Shown here in pieces: positions 50,470-61,702 of a stretch of 64,000 nucleotides of DNA; the first letter of the stretch is position 1, and the number at the start of each line of letters is the position of its first letter. This DNA comes from Phycisphaerae bacterium (GTDB lineage Bacteria > Planctomycetota > Phycisphaerae > UBA1845). The notes under the pieces were generated by a model, which did no database searches, was not told where the DNA came from, and was given only the letters and a program-made list of their open reading frames with translations. The stretch covers positions 56,192 to 120,191 of the forward strand of contig DAOQSN010000007.1 of NCBI GenBank assembly GCA_035356615.1, given 5' to 3'. The position numbers and the translations under genes are program-made.

Positions 50470-51964
<1,495 letters not shown>

Positions 51965-51991
51965 ATGCCCTTCAACCTGTAAACGCTCCCA

Positions 51992-52145
51992 CGCATCGAA
52001 AAACGGACTGACGGGAAGGGGTGGCATGGCCAAGCGCAGCGCCGCCATGCCTGGCTCCCGGGACAGCCGCCACGTGCAGCCGCCGCATGCCGGCGCCCGC
52101 CACCGGCGGGCTTGGGCATGCCACCCTCCTGGTTTCCCGTTCGCG
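51992..52145 (+). repeat. family-A ~150-nt quasi-palindromic element, copy 3 (PrpD-like|CitDE gap)
   Basis: GGTGGCATGGCCAAGCGCAGCGCCGCCATGC...GCATGCCGGCGCC...GGCTTGGGCATGCCACC. Confidence 0.9.
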
Positions 52146-52229
52146 CGGCCCCCTCCAACACCACCTGACACAAGCCCCTCCGCTCCGGCCCGAGGGCAGA
52201 GTGAAGGGACATACCGCCCCCGGCGGCCG

Positions 52230-53603
52230 CTACCGATCCGCCACCGTCAGCGCCATCAGTTTCCCCACGTCGGCCAGCTTCTCAGCCGACAGAACCGCGT
52301 CGCGCAATTGGCGGCGGCGCTTCTCGCTGAGCACCGGCTCCGCCAGCGCATTGAATTTCACGTCCAGATCCTCGATCGTCATCGGGTCACGCGGGTCGCC
52401 CTTGGGCACGTCCAACTGGTGCGTCACCTGGCGGCCGCCCGTCGTCGTAATCGTCACACGGGCACATTGTTTGGCCGGGAACGCCTTCTCGAACTCGGGA
52501 TTGGCCACCACCTTGACTTTCTTCATCTGGGCCCGCAGGCGCTCGTCCCAGAGCTTCTTCTCCGTGAACTCCAGCGGCGTCACCCGCCCTTCCGCGACGG
52601 CGGCCGCGATACAGTAAGGCAGACTGTGATCCGCCGATTCCTTGCTCTGGGGGTCGTACTTGGCCGGGTCCGACAGGATGTCCGCCGCCCGGGCGATCGA
52701 CTCGATGAGCACCTGCTGCACGTCCTCCGCCTTCAACTGGTGCTCGCGCATCAGGTGCAGCGTAGCCGACACCGGCGAGTGCATCAGTGCCTCGATGGGG
52801 TAACTCTTCATGCCGCAGTCCGTGATCATGAACCGGTCACCGAGCTTGTCCGTGATCCAACTGTAGTCCCACTTGGGCCCCAGGCAGTGTTCCATGCCCT
52901 CCTTGCCGTCGATGACACTCTCGGGCCCCGTGTAACCCCGCTGGGCGAGCAGGGCTGCCTCCACCCCGTCGCGCGTGGACAGCGGGCTGACGGTGTTCTT
53001 CATCATGGTCAGCTTGCCCGCCACGGCGCAGCCCAGCGTGAACCGATGACACGCGGCAATACCGATCGCGTGCTGAAGCTGTTGCCAGGAAAGGCCCAGC
53101 ATGCGTCCCGCCACCAGCGGCGCGGCATACGCCATGATCGTCGCATGGTGCCACCCGCGCTCCCTGATGCCGGGCACCCCGATGTGGCACAACCGCATCG
53201 TAATCTCATAGTCCAACACGATGCCCAATACGAGGTCCTTGCCGCTGAGCTTCTTCCACTCAGCAATGGCAAGCGGCGCGGAAATCAGATCGCTCGGATG
53301 CGATGGATCTTGTTTCCAATAAATGTCATTGTAGTCCATCGCCCGGACCATCAGGGCATTAAGCAGACTGGCCGCGACGACGTTCATCCTGTCGCCGGCA
53401 CCGATCACCGTGCACGGCCCGGCCGCCCCCAGGGCCCGGTAGTGGTCCGCGAAGATGCCCACATCGTGCATGCGACACGCGCCCAGCGCACAGCCCAGCG
53501 AGTCATACAGGAAGCGCTTGGCCGTTTCGACCGCCTCGGGCGTCAAGTGTTCGTACTTCAGGTCGCAGGCCCAGCGGGCCAGACGCTCCGTCAGTGTGCC
53601 CAT
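52230..53603 (-). CDS. MmgE/PrpD-family protein (2-methylcitrate dehydratase-like)
   Basis: 457 aa with a typical MmgE/PrpD N-terminus (LARWACDLKYEHLTPEAVETAKRFLYDSLGCALGA). Confidence 0.85.
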   Translation of the reverse strand: MGTLTERLARWACDLKYEHLTPEAVETAKRFLYDSLGCALGACRMHDVGIFADHYRALGAAGPCTVIGAGDRMNVVAASLLNALMVRAMDYNDIYWKQDPSHPSDLISAPLAIAEWKKLSGKDLVLGIVLDYEITMRLCHIGVPGIRERGWHHATIMAYAAPLVAGRMLGLSWQQLQHAIGIAACHRFTLGCAVAGKLTMMKNTVSPLSTRDGVEAALLAQRGYTGPESVIDGKEGMEHCLGPKWDYSWITDKLGDRFMITDCGMKSYPIEALMHSPVSATLHLMREHQLKAEDVQQVLIESIARAADILSDPAKYDPQSKESADHSLPYCIAAAVAEGRVTPLEFTEKKLWDERLRAQMKKVKVVANPEFEKAFPAKQCARVTITTTGGRQVTHQLDVPKGDPRDPMTIEDLDVKFNALAEPVLSEKRRRQLRDAVLSAEKLADVGKLMALTVADR

Positions 53604-53618
53604 TTCTCTCTCCTGGGC

Positions 53619-55595
53619 TCAGCCCATCTGCTTGATCTGTTCCGCCAGCAGTGCCTCGAAGCCCCCCTTTACCACAAGCTGCTGGGCCACGTCGCCCAAC
53701 GGTGGAAACGCGTAACTCCTGCCGTCACACTCGATCCGCGCCCGCGTGAAGTCCACGATCGCACGCCACCCGGTGCGAATCGTCGGCGCCTTGTCGGCGG
53801 CAAACGTCCGCCGCAAGTCATCGACGAGCTTCGGGCATTCGATCACGATGTACCCGTTGTTGAAGGCATTGCGGCTGTAGGTCTGGGAGAATGACCCGGC
53901 GATCACCAGTTGCAGCCCGCGGAACTTCAGGGCCGTAGCAGCCTGCTCGCGGGAGGAGCCCGAGCCGAAGTTGTAACCGCCGACCAGGAGGTCACCGGCC
54001 CGGGCAAGCTGCTGGAACTTCGGGTCGTAATTGGCCATCGCGACCTTGCCCATCTCCTCCGGGCTCAGCCCTTCCTTGTAGGTGTATTCCTTGCCGTAAA
54101 TGCCGTCGGTGTTCAGATTGTCTTTGGGCACCAGCAGCAACTCGCCCTCGACGCGGGCGGGGAAGCCGGGCAGCGTCTTGACTTTGGCCGCCGGCGGCTC
54201 CGGCTTCGGCTGCACACGCACCTTGCTACCCCGCTCCAAAACCGCCCGCAGCTCCGCCGCGGTCCGCCCGCTGCCACCCGGCGGACCGGCGATCTTGCCC
54301 GCGATCGCCGCAGCGGTCACCACGGCCGGGCTGGCCAGGTACACAAACGAATCCGGCGCGCCCATGCGCCCCTTGAAGTTCCGGTTGGTGGCGCTGATAC
54401 CCACTTCGCCGGAAGCCAATACACCTTCACCCAGCCCGATGCACGCCCCGCAGCCCGGCGGCAATGCAAGCGCCCCGGCCTGCAGCAGCGTGTCCCAGTA
54501 GCCGCGCCGCTTCGCCTCCTCCTGCACCTCACTCGAGGCGGCCGCCACGTAGAACTTCACGTGCGCCGCCACCTTATGCCCCGCCATCACGTGCGCCGCA
54601 ACTTCAAAGTCCTCCAGCCGCCCGTTCACGCAGCTCATCAGGAACGCCTTGTCGATACGCACGTTCTTGGCCTCGATCTCCGGCAACGAGGCAATGGTCT
54701 TCACCTCGTTGGGGCCCGCCACGAACGGCGTGACGGCCGCAAGGTCGAAATCCAGCTCCTTGGCGTAGAACGCGTCCGCATCGGCGGCCGGGGCATCCTC
54801 CAGAATCTCCTCGACCAGCTCGGCCGTCAGCCGCGGGTTCTCATCGCCACGCTGGACCATCACTTCGGCTCGCTGGAGCAGGTACTGCCGCGTCACCTCA
54901 TCGCAGGGGAACACGCCGGCCAGCGCTCCCCACTCGGTGCTCATGTTGGCAATCGCCATGCGATCCTCGATGCTCAGACACGCCACGCCGCGCCCCGCGA
55001 ACTCCACGCAGCAGTTGAGCACCTGGTCCTTGTTGAACACGCCGATCAGGGTGATGATCACGTCCTTGCCACAGACGCCCGGCTGCAACTTGCCGCTGAG
55101 GTTGACGCGCACGACCTCGGGCACCTGCCACCACGTACAGCCGGTTGCCCAGATGGCGGCCGCGTCCGTCCGCACCACCGGCGTTCCCAGGGCCGCCAGC
55201 GCCCCGTAGATGTTCGAGTGCGAGTCGCTCGCCACCACGAACGTCCCCGGCTGTACGAACCCCTCCTCCAGCATGATCTGGTGCCCGATGCCGCGCCCCA
55301 CCGGGTAGAACGACACACCGTACTTGCGGGCAAACGCCTCGATCTTGGCGTACTTGCTCAGGTTCTCCGGCGTGGTGTTCTGGATGTCATGATCCAGCGC
55401 AAAGACCGGCTGACCCGGATCCAGAATGCGCTGGGCGCCGATGCTCTGGAACTTCGGGATGACGGCCGAGGTGTTGTCATGCGTCATCACGTGAAACGGC
55501 CGAATGGAAAGGAAGTCCCCCGCCCGCACCACGTGCCCTTCGGCCAGCCCCACTGCAAAGCGCTGCGCAATCTTCTCTACCAGTGTCTGAGCCAT
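53619..55595 (-). CDS. aconitase-superfamily hydro-lyase with fused large and small (swivel) subunits, homoaconitase-like
   Basis: HVMTHDNT, ASDSHSN, Fe-S cysteines (SCVNGR, PGCGACIG) and a C-terminal swivel domain (GGYNFGSGSSREQAA). ATG at 55595. Confidence 0.85.
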   Translation of the reverse strand: MAQTLVEKIAQRFAVGLAEGHVVRAGDFLSIRPFHVMTHDNTSAVIPKFQSIGAQRILDPGQPVFALDHDIQNTTPENLSKYAKIEAFARKYGVSFYPVGRGIGHQIMLEEGFVQPGTFVVASDSHSNIYGALAALGTPVVRTDAAAIWATGCTWWQVPEVVRVNLSGKLQPGVCGKDVIITLIGVFNKDQVLNCCVEFAGRGVACLSIEDRMAIANMSTEWGALAGVFPCDEVTRQYLLQRAEVMVQRGDENPRLTAELVEEILEDAPAADADAFYAKELDFDLAAVTPFVAGPNEVKTIASLPEIEAKNVRIDKAFLMSCVNGRLEDFEVAAHVMAGHKVAAHVKFYVAAASSEVQEEAKRRGYWDTLLQAGALALPPGCGACIGLGEGVLASGEVGISATNRNFKGRMGAPDSFVYLASPAVVTAAAIAGKIAGPPGGSGRTAAELRAVLERGSKVRVQPKPEPPAAKVKTLPGFPARVEGELLLVPKDNLNTDGIYGKEYTYKEGLSPEEMGKVAMANYDPKFQQLARAGDLLVGGYNFGSGSSREQAATALKFRGLQLVIAGSFSQTYSRNAFNNGYIVIECPKLVDDLRRTFAADKAPTIRTGWRAIVDFTRARIECDGRSYAFPPLGDVAQQLVVKGGFEALLAEQIKQMG

Positions 55596-55643
55596 GTCTA
55601 CACTCCGCCCCCCGCACCCTCGCGCCCCACTGAATAGCTCCAG

Positions 55644-55796
55644 GCAATGGGAAAACCGACAGACGGAACGGGGTGGCATGGCCAAGTCCCGGCGCGCCGG
55701 GACCATGCTCTCCCCCGGTCGAACATGTGCCTGCTGCCAACGCATGCCGGCGCCTTCGGCTTGGGCATGCCACCCGCCTCCTCGTTTCCCGTTTGC
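55644..55796 (+). repeat. family-A ~150-nt quasi-palindromic element, copy 4 (dehydrogenase|hydro-lyase gap)
   Basis: GGTGGCATGGCCAAG...CCATGCTC...GCATGCCGGCGCCTTCGGCTTGGGCATGCCACC with outer arms GCAATGGGAAAAC / GTTTCCCGTTTGC. Confidence 0.9.
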
Positions 55797-55868
55797 GTGG
55801 TCCTAAACCCCGTCGTCGATCCGCAGTACCGCCCGGCAACGATCAAGGTTCCACCGCGGCCGCGTTCG

Positions 55869-57050
55869 TCACAGCTTCGCCAGGATCGCGTCCGTCATTT
55901 GTCGGGTATTGGCCGCCCCCTGCTGGAAGACACCGGGGCCGCCCGTCAGGCGCATCATGTCGTACGTCCGCACCTTGCCCTCGGCCACCACCTTCGCAAT
56001 CGCCCCGCGGATGCGCTCCGCCGTGGCCGTCTCGCCCAGATGGTCCAGCATCATGCACGCCGACAGGATCATGGCGATCGGGTTAACGATCGGCGGATCG
56101 AGCTTCTCGTACTTGGGAGCGGACCCGTGGGTCGGCTCGAACACGGCCACGTCCTTGCCGATGTTGGCGCTGCACGCAAACCCGAGCCCGCCGACCAGCC
56201 CCGCGAAACCATCGGACACGATGTCGCCGAACATGTTACCGGCCACGATCACGCCGTAGTCCTCGGGGTTCTTCGTCAGCCACATCATCTGGGCGTCAAT
56301 GTTCGTGTCCCACAACGCGATACCCGGAAACTCCTTGGCGATGATCTGCGCCTCGGAGAGCATCATCCCCGAGGTCTCCCGAATGACATTGGGCTTCTCG
56401 CAGATCGTCACACTCTTGTAGCCGAACTGGCGGGCGTGCTCGAAACCGGCCCGCACGATGCGCCGACACGCCCCGCGCGAGAAGATGCGCGTCGACACCG
56501 CCAGGTCCTCGCCCGGCACGTGCTTGAAGGCCCCCATCTTCGGGTGCGTTTCCAGCGCCGTCCGCACGTTCGCGGGCGGGTTCGTCCACTCCACCCCGCA
56601 GTACAGACCCTCGGTGTTCTGCCGGAAGATCACCACGTCCACCGGCGGCTCGAAGAAGCCGTCCCCCTGACGCCGGATGAAGTTCAGCGGATTGCCCTTG
56701 AACGACCGACAGGGCCGGACGCAGAGGTCCAGGTCGAAATGCTGCCGCATGGTCACGATCGGGCTGTAGTAGACATGCCCTTTGCCTTTCAGCGCCGGCG
56801 ACAGCTCCGCGGCCGCTTTGTCCTTGGGCTTCGAGGTGATCGCCCCGAATAGGCCGATCTTGTGCTCCGTGAGCAGATCGATCGTGCGCTTGGGCAGCGC
56901 GTTGCCCTCCTTGCACCAGAACTCCCAGCCGATGTCGCCCGGCACGTAGTTCGCCTCGAACCCCACCGCCTGCAAGACCCGCTGGGCCTCCGGCAGCACC
57001 ACCTTGCCGATCCCGTCACCCGGCATCATGACAATCGTTCGCTTCGCCAC
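55869..57050 (-). CDS. isocitrate/isopropylmalate/homoisocitrate dehydrogenase-family beta-decarboxylating dehydrogenase
   Basis: MMPGDGIGKVV, FRQNTEGLY, NMFGDIVSD. GTG at 57050 with GGAGG 7 nt upstream. Confidence 0.85.
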   Translation of the reverse strand: MAKRTIVMMPGDGIGKVVLPEAQRVLQAVGFEANYVPGDIGWEFWCKEGNALPKRTIDLLTEHKIGLFGAITSKPKDKAAAELSPALKGKGHVYYSPIVTMRQHFDLDLCVRPCRSFKGNPLNFIRRQGDGFFEPPVDVVIFRQNTEGLYCGVEWTNPPANVRTALETHPKMGAFKHVPGEDLAVSTRIFSRGACRRIVRAGFEHARQFGYKSVTICEKPNVIRETSGMMLSEAQIIAKEFPGIALWDTNIDAQMMWLTKNPEDYGVIVAGNMFGDIVSDGFAGLVGGLGFACSANIGKDVAVFEPTHGSAPKYEKLDPPIVNPIAMILSACMMLDHLGETATAERIRGAIAKVVAEGKVRTYDMMRLTGGPGVFQQGAANTRQMTDAILAKL

Positions 57051-57337
57051 CGCATACCTCCGACAGCACAGGCCCCACCGCACGCCCAAGCCCCGCGGCT
57101 TCGCGTGTCCACGCCGCCCCGGCGCGCGGAACGGGCGCGGACTGTACGTTCCCGACCGCCGGTTAGCAAGCCCCGTGCCAGCACACGACGCCGGGGATGA
57201 CCGCCCCCCTTGTAGTCCCGCGCCGGTGCCCACGGTAGCCACAGTGCCGTGGTCCGTATGCCTCCGCCCGCGGGCGGGCACCGCCCCTGACCGGCCCCCG
57301 CCTGGACCCTTCCCCGTCCGACCGCCGAGCGCAAAGC

Positions 57338-57377
57338 GAGAGGCGGGCAAAGGGTGCTCACCCCCGGCCCGCCTCTC
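57338..57377 (-). terminator. candidate stem-loop terminator after the PEP-CTERM gene
   Basis: Perfect 11-bp stem GAGAGGCGGGC/GCCCGCCTCTC with an 18-nt loop, 27 nt after the stop. The U-tract is weak (GCUUUGCG). Confidence 0.35.
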
Positions 57378-57403
57378 ACCAAAGCAACCACTCTCCCCTC
57401 ACG

Positions 57404-58327
57404 TCACCTCACCGCAACCGGACTCCTTCCCCCCCAGCAACGTCGGCGCAGAACGCCCGCCCCGACTACCAGCAATAGGAGTGTCGCCGGCTCGGGAACT
57501 TCCTCGGCGAGAGCGTTGCCGCCGTTGCCGAGGCCCAAGCTGATGTCTAGTTCGTGCCCGTTGAAGTCGCCGAAGTTGTAGTCCAGAGTGAACTCGGTCG
57601 GAAACGCAAAGGACAGGTCGGAGGCAGGGGTACCCACTGCCGGCAGCAGGCCGTCAAACATGCCCGTGTCAGCCGATTCCACGACCAACCCCTCGTCGAT
57701 CGTCAGCCTGGCCGTCCCTTGCTGAACCGTATAGGGGCTCGAGATATCCACAAGCAGCGTAGCGTAGCGCGCGGTGATCGTGATCAGGCCCTCCGCCCAC
57801 AGCAGCGCGTCGTCGATCCCTCCCGGCAGTGCAAGATCCTCCTTGCCCACCGTGGTGTCGATGTCCAGCAGCGTGTCCTCCAGGTAGGTGCCGTCCTCCA
57901 GGTCCAACAGCGTGAACGAGATCGGGTCTTTCCCACGTGCGAACGCGCTGTCCGTCACGTGATCCTCCAGCCAGTTGCCCCATTGGATTCGCCCGTTCCG
58001 CAGCATCCTGCCGCCGCGGGCCAGAATCTGGGAAGTGCTCGCCGCGTAGGCCCGGTGCACTATATTCGGGTTGGCTTGCACCCAACCGAATACTTCCACC
58101 TCGCCCGTGACCGGGCCCCCCACGCCGTACGCATTGACATCCGCCCACGAGAATGCGTGCCCCTCGGCACTGGACACGGCGTTCGCCTGGTTGAAATACG
58201 CCCCGCCGGCACGGGGGCGTCTACGCTGGTACTTTACTGCCCCGCCAGCCGCCCCCGGCTGCCGCGATCCTCCCGGATGGGGAAACCGCGTCCGGGGCAT
58301 CGCCAATCGAAACGGCCAGCGCGTCAC
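57404..58327 (-). CDS. PEP-CTERM sorting-domain protein
   Basis: C-terminal VPEPATLLLLVVGAGVLRRR motif. No convincing N-terminal signal peptide. The start is a GTG. Confidence 0.6.
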   Translation of the reverse strand: MTRWPFRLAMPRTRFPHPGGSRQPGAAGGAVKYQRRRPRAGGAYFNQANAVSSAEGHAFSWADVNAYGVGGPVTGEVEVFGWVQANPNIVHRAYAASTSQILARGGRMLRNGRIQWGNWLEDHVTDSAFARGKDPISFTLLDLEDGTYLEDTLLDIDTTVGKEDLALPGGIDDALLWAEGLITITARYATLLVDISSPYTVQQGTARLTIDEGLVVESADTGMFDGLLPAVGTPASDLSFAFPTEFTLDYNFGDFNGHELDISLGLGNGGNALAEEVPEPATLLLLVVGAGVLRRRCWGGRSPVAVR

Positions 58328-58399
58328 TGCGCTGGCCGGTCCAGTGCCACATCCTGACCCTGCGTCGACGTCCCGTTCGAGGCGACGCCGGCGGAAAGC

Positions 58400-59809
58400 T
58401 TACTTACCGTTCATAAGATACCGGTGTATCGCCCCGGCCGCCGTTTTCCCGTCACCCATCGCCAGGATCACGGTGGCTGAGCCGCGGACGATGTCACCCC
58501 CGGCGAAAACGCCGCGAATGCTCGTCATGCAGTTGGCGTCAACCTCGATGTAGCCCCACTTGTTGACCTTCAGGCCCGGCGTGGTCTGCGTCAGCAGGGG
58601 ATTCGCCCGGGTCCCGATGGCCTCGATGAACACTTGGCAGGGAATGTCAAACTCACTGCCCTTGATGGCCACCGGGCGGCGCCGGCCTGAATCATCCGGC
58701 TCGCCCAACTCCATCCGCTGGCAGCGCACCGCCCGCACCCAGCCGTGCTCATCACCGAGCACCTCGACGGGGTTGGTCAGGATTTGAATGTTGATGCCTT
58801 CCTCCTCGGCGTGCTTCACTTCCTCGATCCGCGCGGGCATCTCCTCGCGCGAGCGGCGGTACACGAGGATGGCCGGCTCCGCACCGAGCCGCTTGGCCGT
58901 CCGCACGCTGTCCATGGCCGTGTTGCCGCCGCCCACCACCACCACCTGGCTGGCGCGCATCACCGGCGTATCCGCCTCGCCGTCGCGGAAGCGATATGCC
59001 CCCATCAGGTTCACACGCGTGAGGAACTCATTCGCGGAGTACACGCCCTTCAGGTGTTCGCCCGGGATACCCTGGAAGATCGGCAGGCCCGCCCCGTTGG
59101 CGATGAAGACCGCGTCGAACCCTTCGCTCTCCATCAGCTCCGGAATGGTGTACGTCTGCCCGATCACCACGTCGCACTGGATATCAACGCCGCGGTGACG
59201 CAGCGTCTCCACCTCCGCCTCGACGATGAAGTTCGGCAGCCGGAACTCCGGAATCCCATAGACGAGCACGCCGCCGGGGATGTGCAGCGCCTCGAAGATC
59301 GTCACCTGGTGCCCGCGCTTGGCACACTCACCGGCACAGGTCAGCCCGGCCGGGCCGGAGCCGACGATGGCTACCTTCTTCCCCGTCGGCGGCGGAGGCG
59401 TGAACAGATCCTTGCGGTGTTCGCGTGCCCAGTCGGCCACGAAACGCTCGAGATAGCCCACCGCGACGGGCGTCTCCTTCTTCCCGCGAATGCACTCCGC
59501 CTCGCACTGCGTTTCCTGCGGGCACACCCGGCCGGTGACGCCCGGTAGCACGTTGGCCGCAAAGAGAATGTCCGCCGCTTTGTGCAGATCATTCTCCGAC
59601 ACGGCCGCCACGAACGCCGGGATGTCGATCCCCACGGGACAGCCCTTGATGCACTTGCCGTCCTTGCATTGCAGGCAGCGCTGCGCCTCCAGGCACGCCG
59701 TCGTCGGAGCGTAGCCCTGGTTCACCTCCGTGAAACGCCTCGCCCGCACCAGCGGCTCCTGCTCCGGCATGTGCTGCCGCGCGATCTTCATTCGCTCAGA
59801 TGGCTTCAT
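58400..59809 (-). CDS. nfnB: NADPH-dependent glutamate synthase beta-chain-like oxidoreductase (NfnB/SudA-type)
   Basis: CLQCKDGKCIKGCPVGIDIP Fe-S motif and VAIVGSGPAGL. Paired with a PyrK-like subunit upstream. ATG at 59809 (alternative 59842). Confidence 0.8.
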   Translation of the reverse strand: MKPSERMKIARQHMPEQEPLVRARRFTEVNQGYAPTTACLEAQRCLQCKDGKCIKGCPVGIDIPAFVAAVSENDLHKAADILFAANVLPGVTGRVCPQETQCEAECIRGKKETPVAVGYLERFVADWAREHRKDLFTPPPPTGKKVAIVGSGPAGLTCAGECAKRGHQVTIFEALHIPGGVLVYGIPEFRLPNFIVEAEVETLRHRGVDIQCDVVIGQTYTIPELMESEGFDAVFIANGAGLPIFQGIPGEHLKGVYSANEFLTRVNLMGAYRFRDGEADTPVMRASQVVVVGGGNTAMDSVRTAKRLGAEPAILVYRRSREEMPARIEEVKHAEEEGINIQILTNPVEVLGDEHGWVRAVRCQRMELGEPDDSGRRRPVAIKGSEFDIPCQVFIEAIGTRANPLLTQTTPGLKVNKWGYIEVDANCMTSIRGVFAGGDIVRGSATVILAMGDGKTAAGAIHRYLMNGK

Positions 59810-59870
59810 GTCCTGCTCTTCCTCATTCTCACCGGAGTCCATCACCCGCCACTGCCGGGTGCCCTGCTCT

Positions 59871-59902
59871 CCCGCCACAGCCGTCGCGGGCGAGCATGCT
59901 CG
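59871..59902 (+). repeat. family-E repeat (CCCGCCACAGCCGTCGCGGGCGAGCATGCTCG)
   Basis: Related to 28305-28337 (CCCGCGACCGCTGTCGCGGGAAAGCATGGCACC). Confidence 0.65.
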
Positions 59903-59989
59903 TCGCTCGATCCCATCCCCACGCCCGCCCGCAATCGGTCGGGACATGCCGCCTGCCCACGCCTCAGCCTCGATCAGACCCCGCCACCA

Positions 59990-60865
59990 TCACTGCGACG
60001 CACAACGCCGCTCCGCCTCCGCCAGCTTGCACTCATGCTCCCCATGCAGCCGGTCCCAGGCGATCTTCTCCTCCACCCGATAGCTCGTCAGCCGGTCCGC
60101 CAGCTCGCGGAAGTCCACCTGGTGGGCATCGAACTCCGGCCCATCCACGCAGGCGAACTTCATCTTGCCGTCGACTTTCACCCGGCAGCCCCCGCACATC
60201 CCCGTCCCATCCACCATGATCGGGTTGAGCGAGGCAATCGTCTTCACGCCGTACGGCCGGGTCACTTCCGCCACCGCGCGCATCATCGGCACCGGACCGG
60301 CCATCAGAACCGCCCCCACCTTCTCCTGCGGCTTGTCCAGCAGCTCTTTCAACTTGCCCGTCACGAAGCCGTGATACCCATAGCTGCCGTCGTCCGTGCA
60401 GGGGTACACCACGTCGCAGTACTCGCCCAGTTCCTTCTCGAAGATCACGTACTCCTTCGTCCGACCGCCAATCACCGCCGACACCCGGTTGCCCACCGCC
60501 TTCAGCGCACCCGCCTGCGGGTAGATGACGGCCGTACCGACCCCGCCGCCGACCAGCACCGCATGCCCGAACTCCTCTATCTCCGTCGGCTTACCCAGTG
60601 GCCCCACCACGTCCATGATGTGCTGCCCTGTCTCCAACGAGCACAGCACCTCGGTCGTGGCCCCGACCACCTGCACGACCAGCGTAATCACACCGGTCTT
60701 GCTGTCGGACGACGCGACGGTCAGCGGCACCCGCTCACCCCCGTCGCGCACCCGCACTATGACGAAGTGCCCGGGCTTGTGATGCCGCGCCACCCGCGGG
60801 GCCTCCACTTCGATCCACCGGACCTGCGGCGCCAGCCACCGTGCATTCAGAATGCGAAACATCAT
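59990..60865 (-). CDS. nfnA: ferredoxin-NADP reductase-like FAD/[2Fe-2S] subunit (NfnA/SudB/PyrK-type)
   Basis: The C-terminal MCGGCRV...FACVDGPEF cluster motif. GAGGGT Shine-Dalgarno before ATGATG at 60865. Confidence 0.8.
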   Translation of the reverse strand: MMFRILNARWLAPQVRWIEVEAPRVARHHKPGHFVIVRVRDGGERVPLTVASSDSKTGVITLVVQVVGATTEVLCSLETGQHIMDVVGPLGKPTEIEEFGHAVLVGGGVGTAVIYPQAGALKAVGNRVSAVIGGRTKEYVIFEKELGEYCDVVYPCTDDGSYGYHGFVTGKLKELLDKPQEKVGAVLMAGPVPMMRAVAEVTRPYGVKTIASLNPIMVDGTGMCGGCRVKVDGKMKFACVDGPEFDAHQVDFRELADRLTSYRVEEKIAWDRLHGEHECKLAEAERRCASQ

Positions 60866-61123
60866 TGACAACCCTCGCCTCGCGCTCGACCGCGATCTAC
60901 CTCGCCCGGCGGACCGGCGCCGCCCCCACCCCTCACACCGGCGCACTTCGCCACATCCGCCCCAGTTGTTCCTTCCCGTTCTTAGCAATCCGCGCGCCAG
61001 CCCCGCCCTGACTCTCTCGGCCCGCCTCCCCGCTTCTGCACCGCGCCCACGGCACGGCCCTGCGCCAGACCGACCACTGAACACCCCACGACCGCCCGTC
61101 GGGCCCGGGAGCCCGGTGAAGAC

Positions 61124-61153
61124 GTAGCGCCGGCCCCCCGCGGCCGACGTGGA
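61124..61153 (-). repeat. family-C hairpin repeat, inverted orientation
   Basis: GTAGCGCCGGCCCCCCGCGGCCGACGTGGA. Confidence 0.8.
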
Positions 61154-61416
61154 ACGCCGCTAACGCACGAGGCAATGAGGGTCCCGCCACTGAGCAGGGG
61201 CTGTTCAACAGCCTGCTAGCGCCCCACACCCTCCGGTACACGCTGGCTCGTCGCAGGCACCTGCCGCATCCGCCGCGGCTCCAGCACCCCATCGCAACCC
61301 AACGCAACCCATAAAACACCCCAAAACGCAAGACCTACAGTGTTGCTGTAAGACCCCCCATGCTGCACAGGCACACGCGTACTCACCTCCAAATGCGCCG
61401 CGTGCGCCACGAGAAA

Positions 61417-61503
61417 CGGAGCGGGAGGGATTCGAACCCTCGGTACGGTTTCCCGCACACCGCATTTCCAGTGCGGTCCCTTCAGCCACTCGGACACCGC
61501 TCC
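61417..61503 (-). tRNA. tRNA-Ser (anticodon GGA)
   Basis: GGAGCGG-TG-TCCG...CCGCA-CTGGAAA-TGCGG, a long variable arm, then GAGGG-TTCGAAT-CCCTC-CCGCTCC-G. The cloverleaf was checked by hand. CCA is not encoded. Confidence 0.9.
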
Positions 61504-61702
61504 TATGGCGAGGCGGCTGCGTCAGTGTCGGACACAGCGCCGCCGCCTATGCATCCCAAGCGTCGAAACGTAGCTTTGCCAGCGGGGGCGGTCAAGCATG
61601 CGGCCCCGGAGAGTTCCCGAGGAACGTACGGGCGCGGCCGTGCGGCGCAGTCTCCCAATGTCCGCCGGGCCGGGCCCCGGCGTCGCGGTCTGCGTGCTGT
61701 CC

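Noticed and set aside
60866-61503. Genomic island or prophage integrated at tRNA-Ser.
   Set aside because: No integrase gene and no direct repeat of the tRNA 3' end were found by eye on either side. The flanking genes are ordinary metabolic genes.
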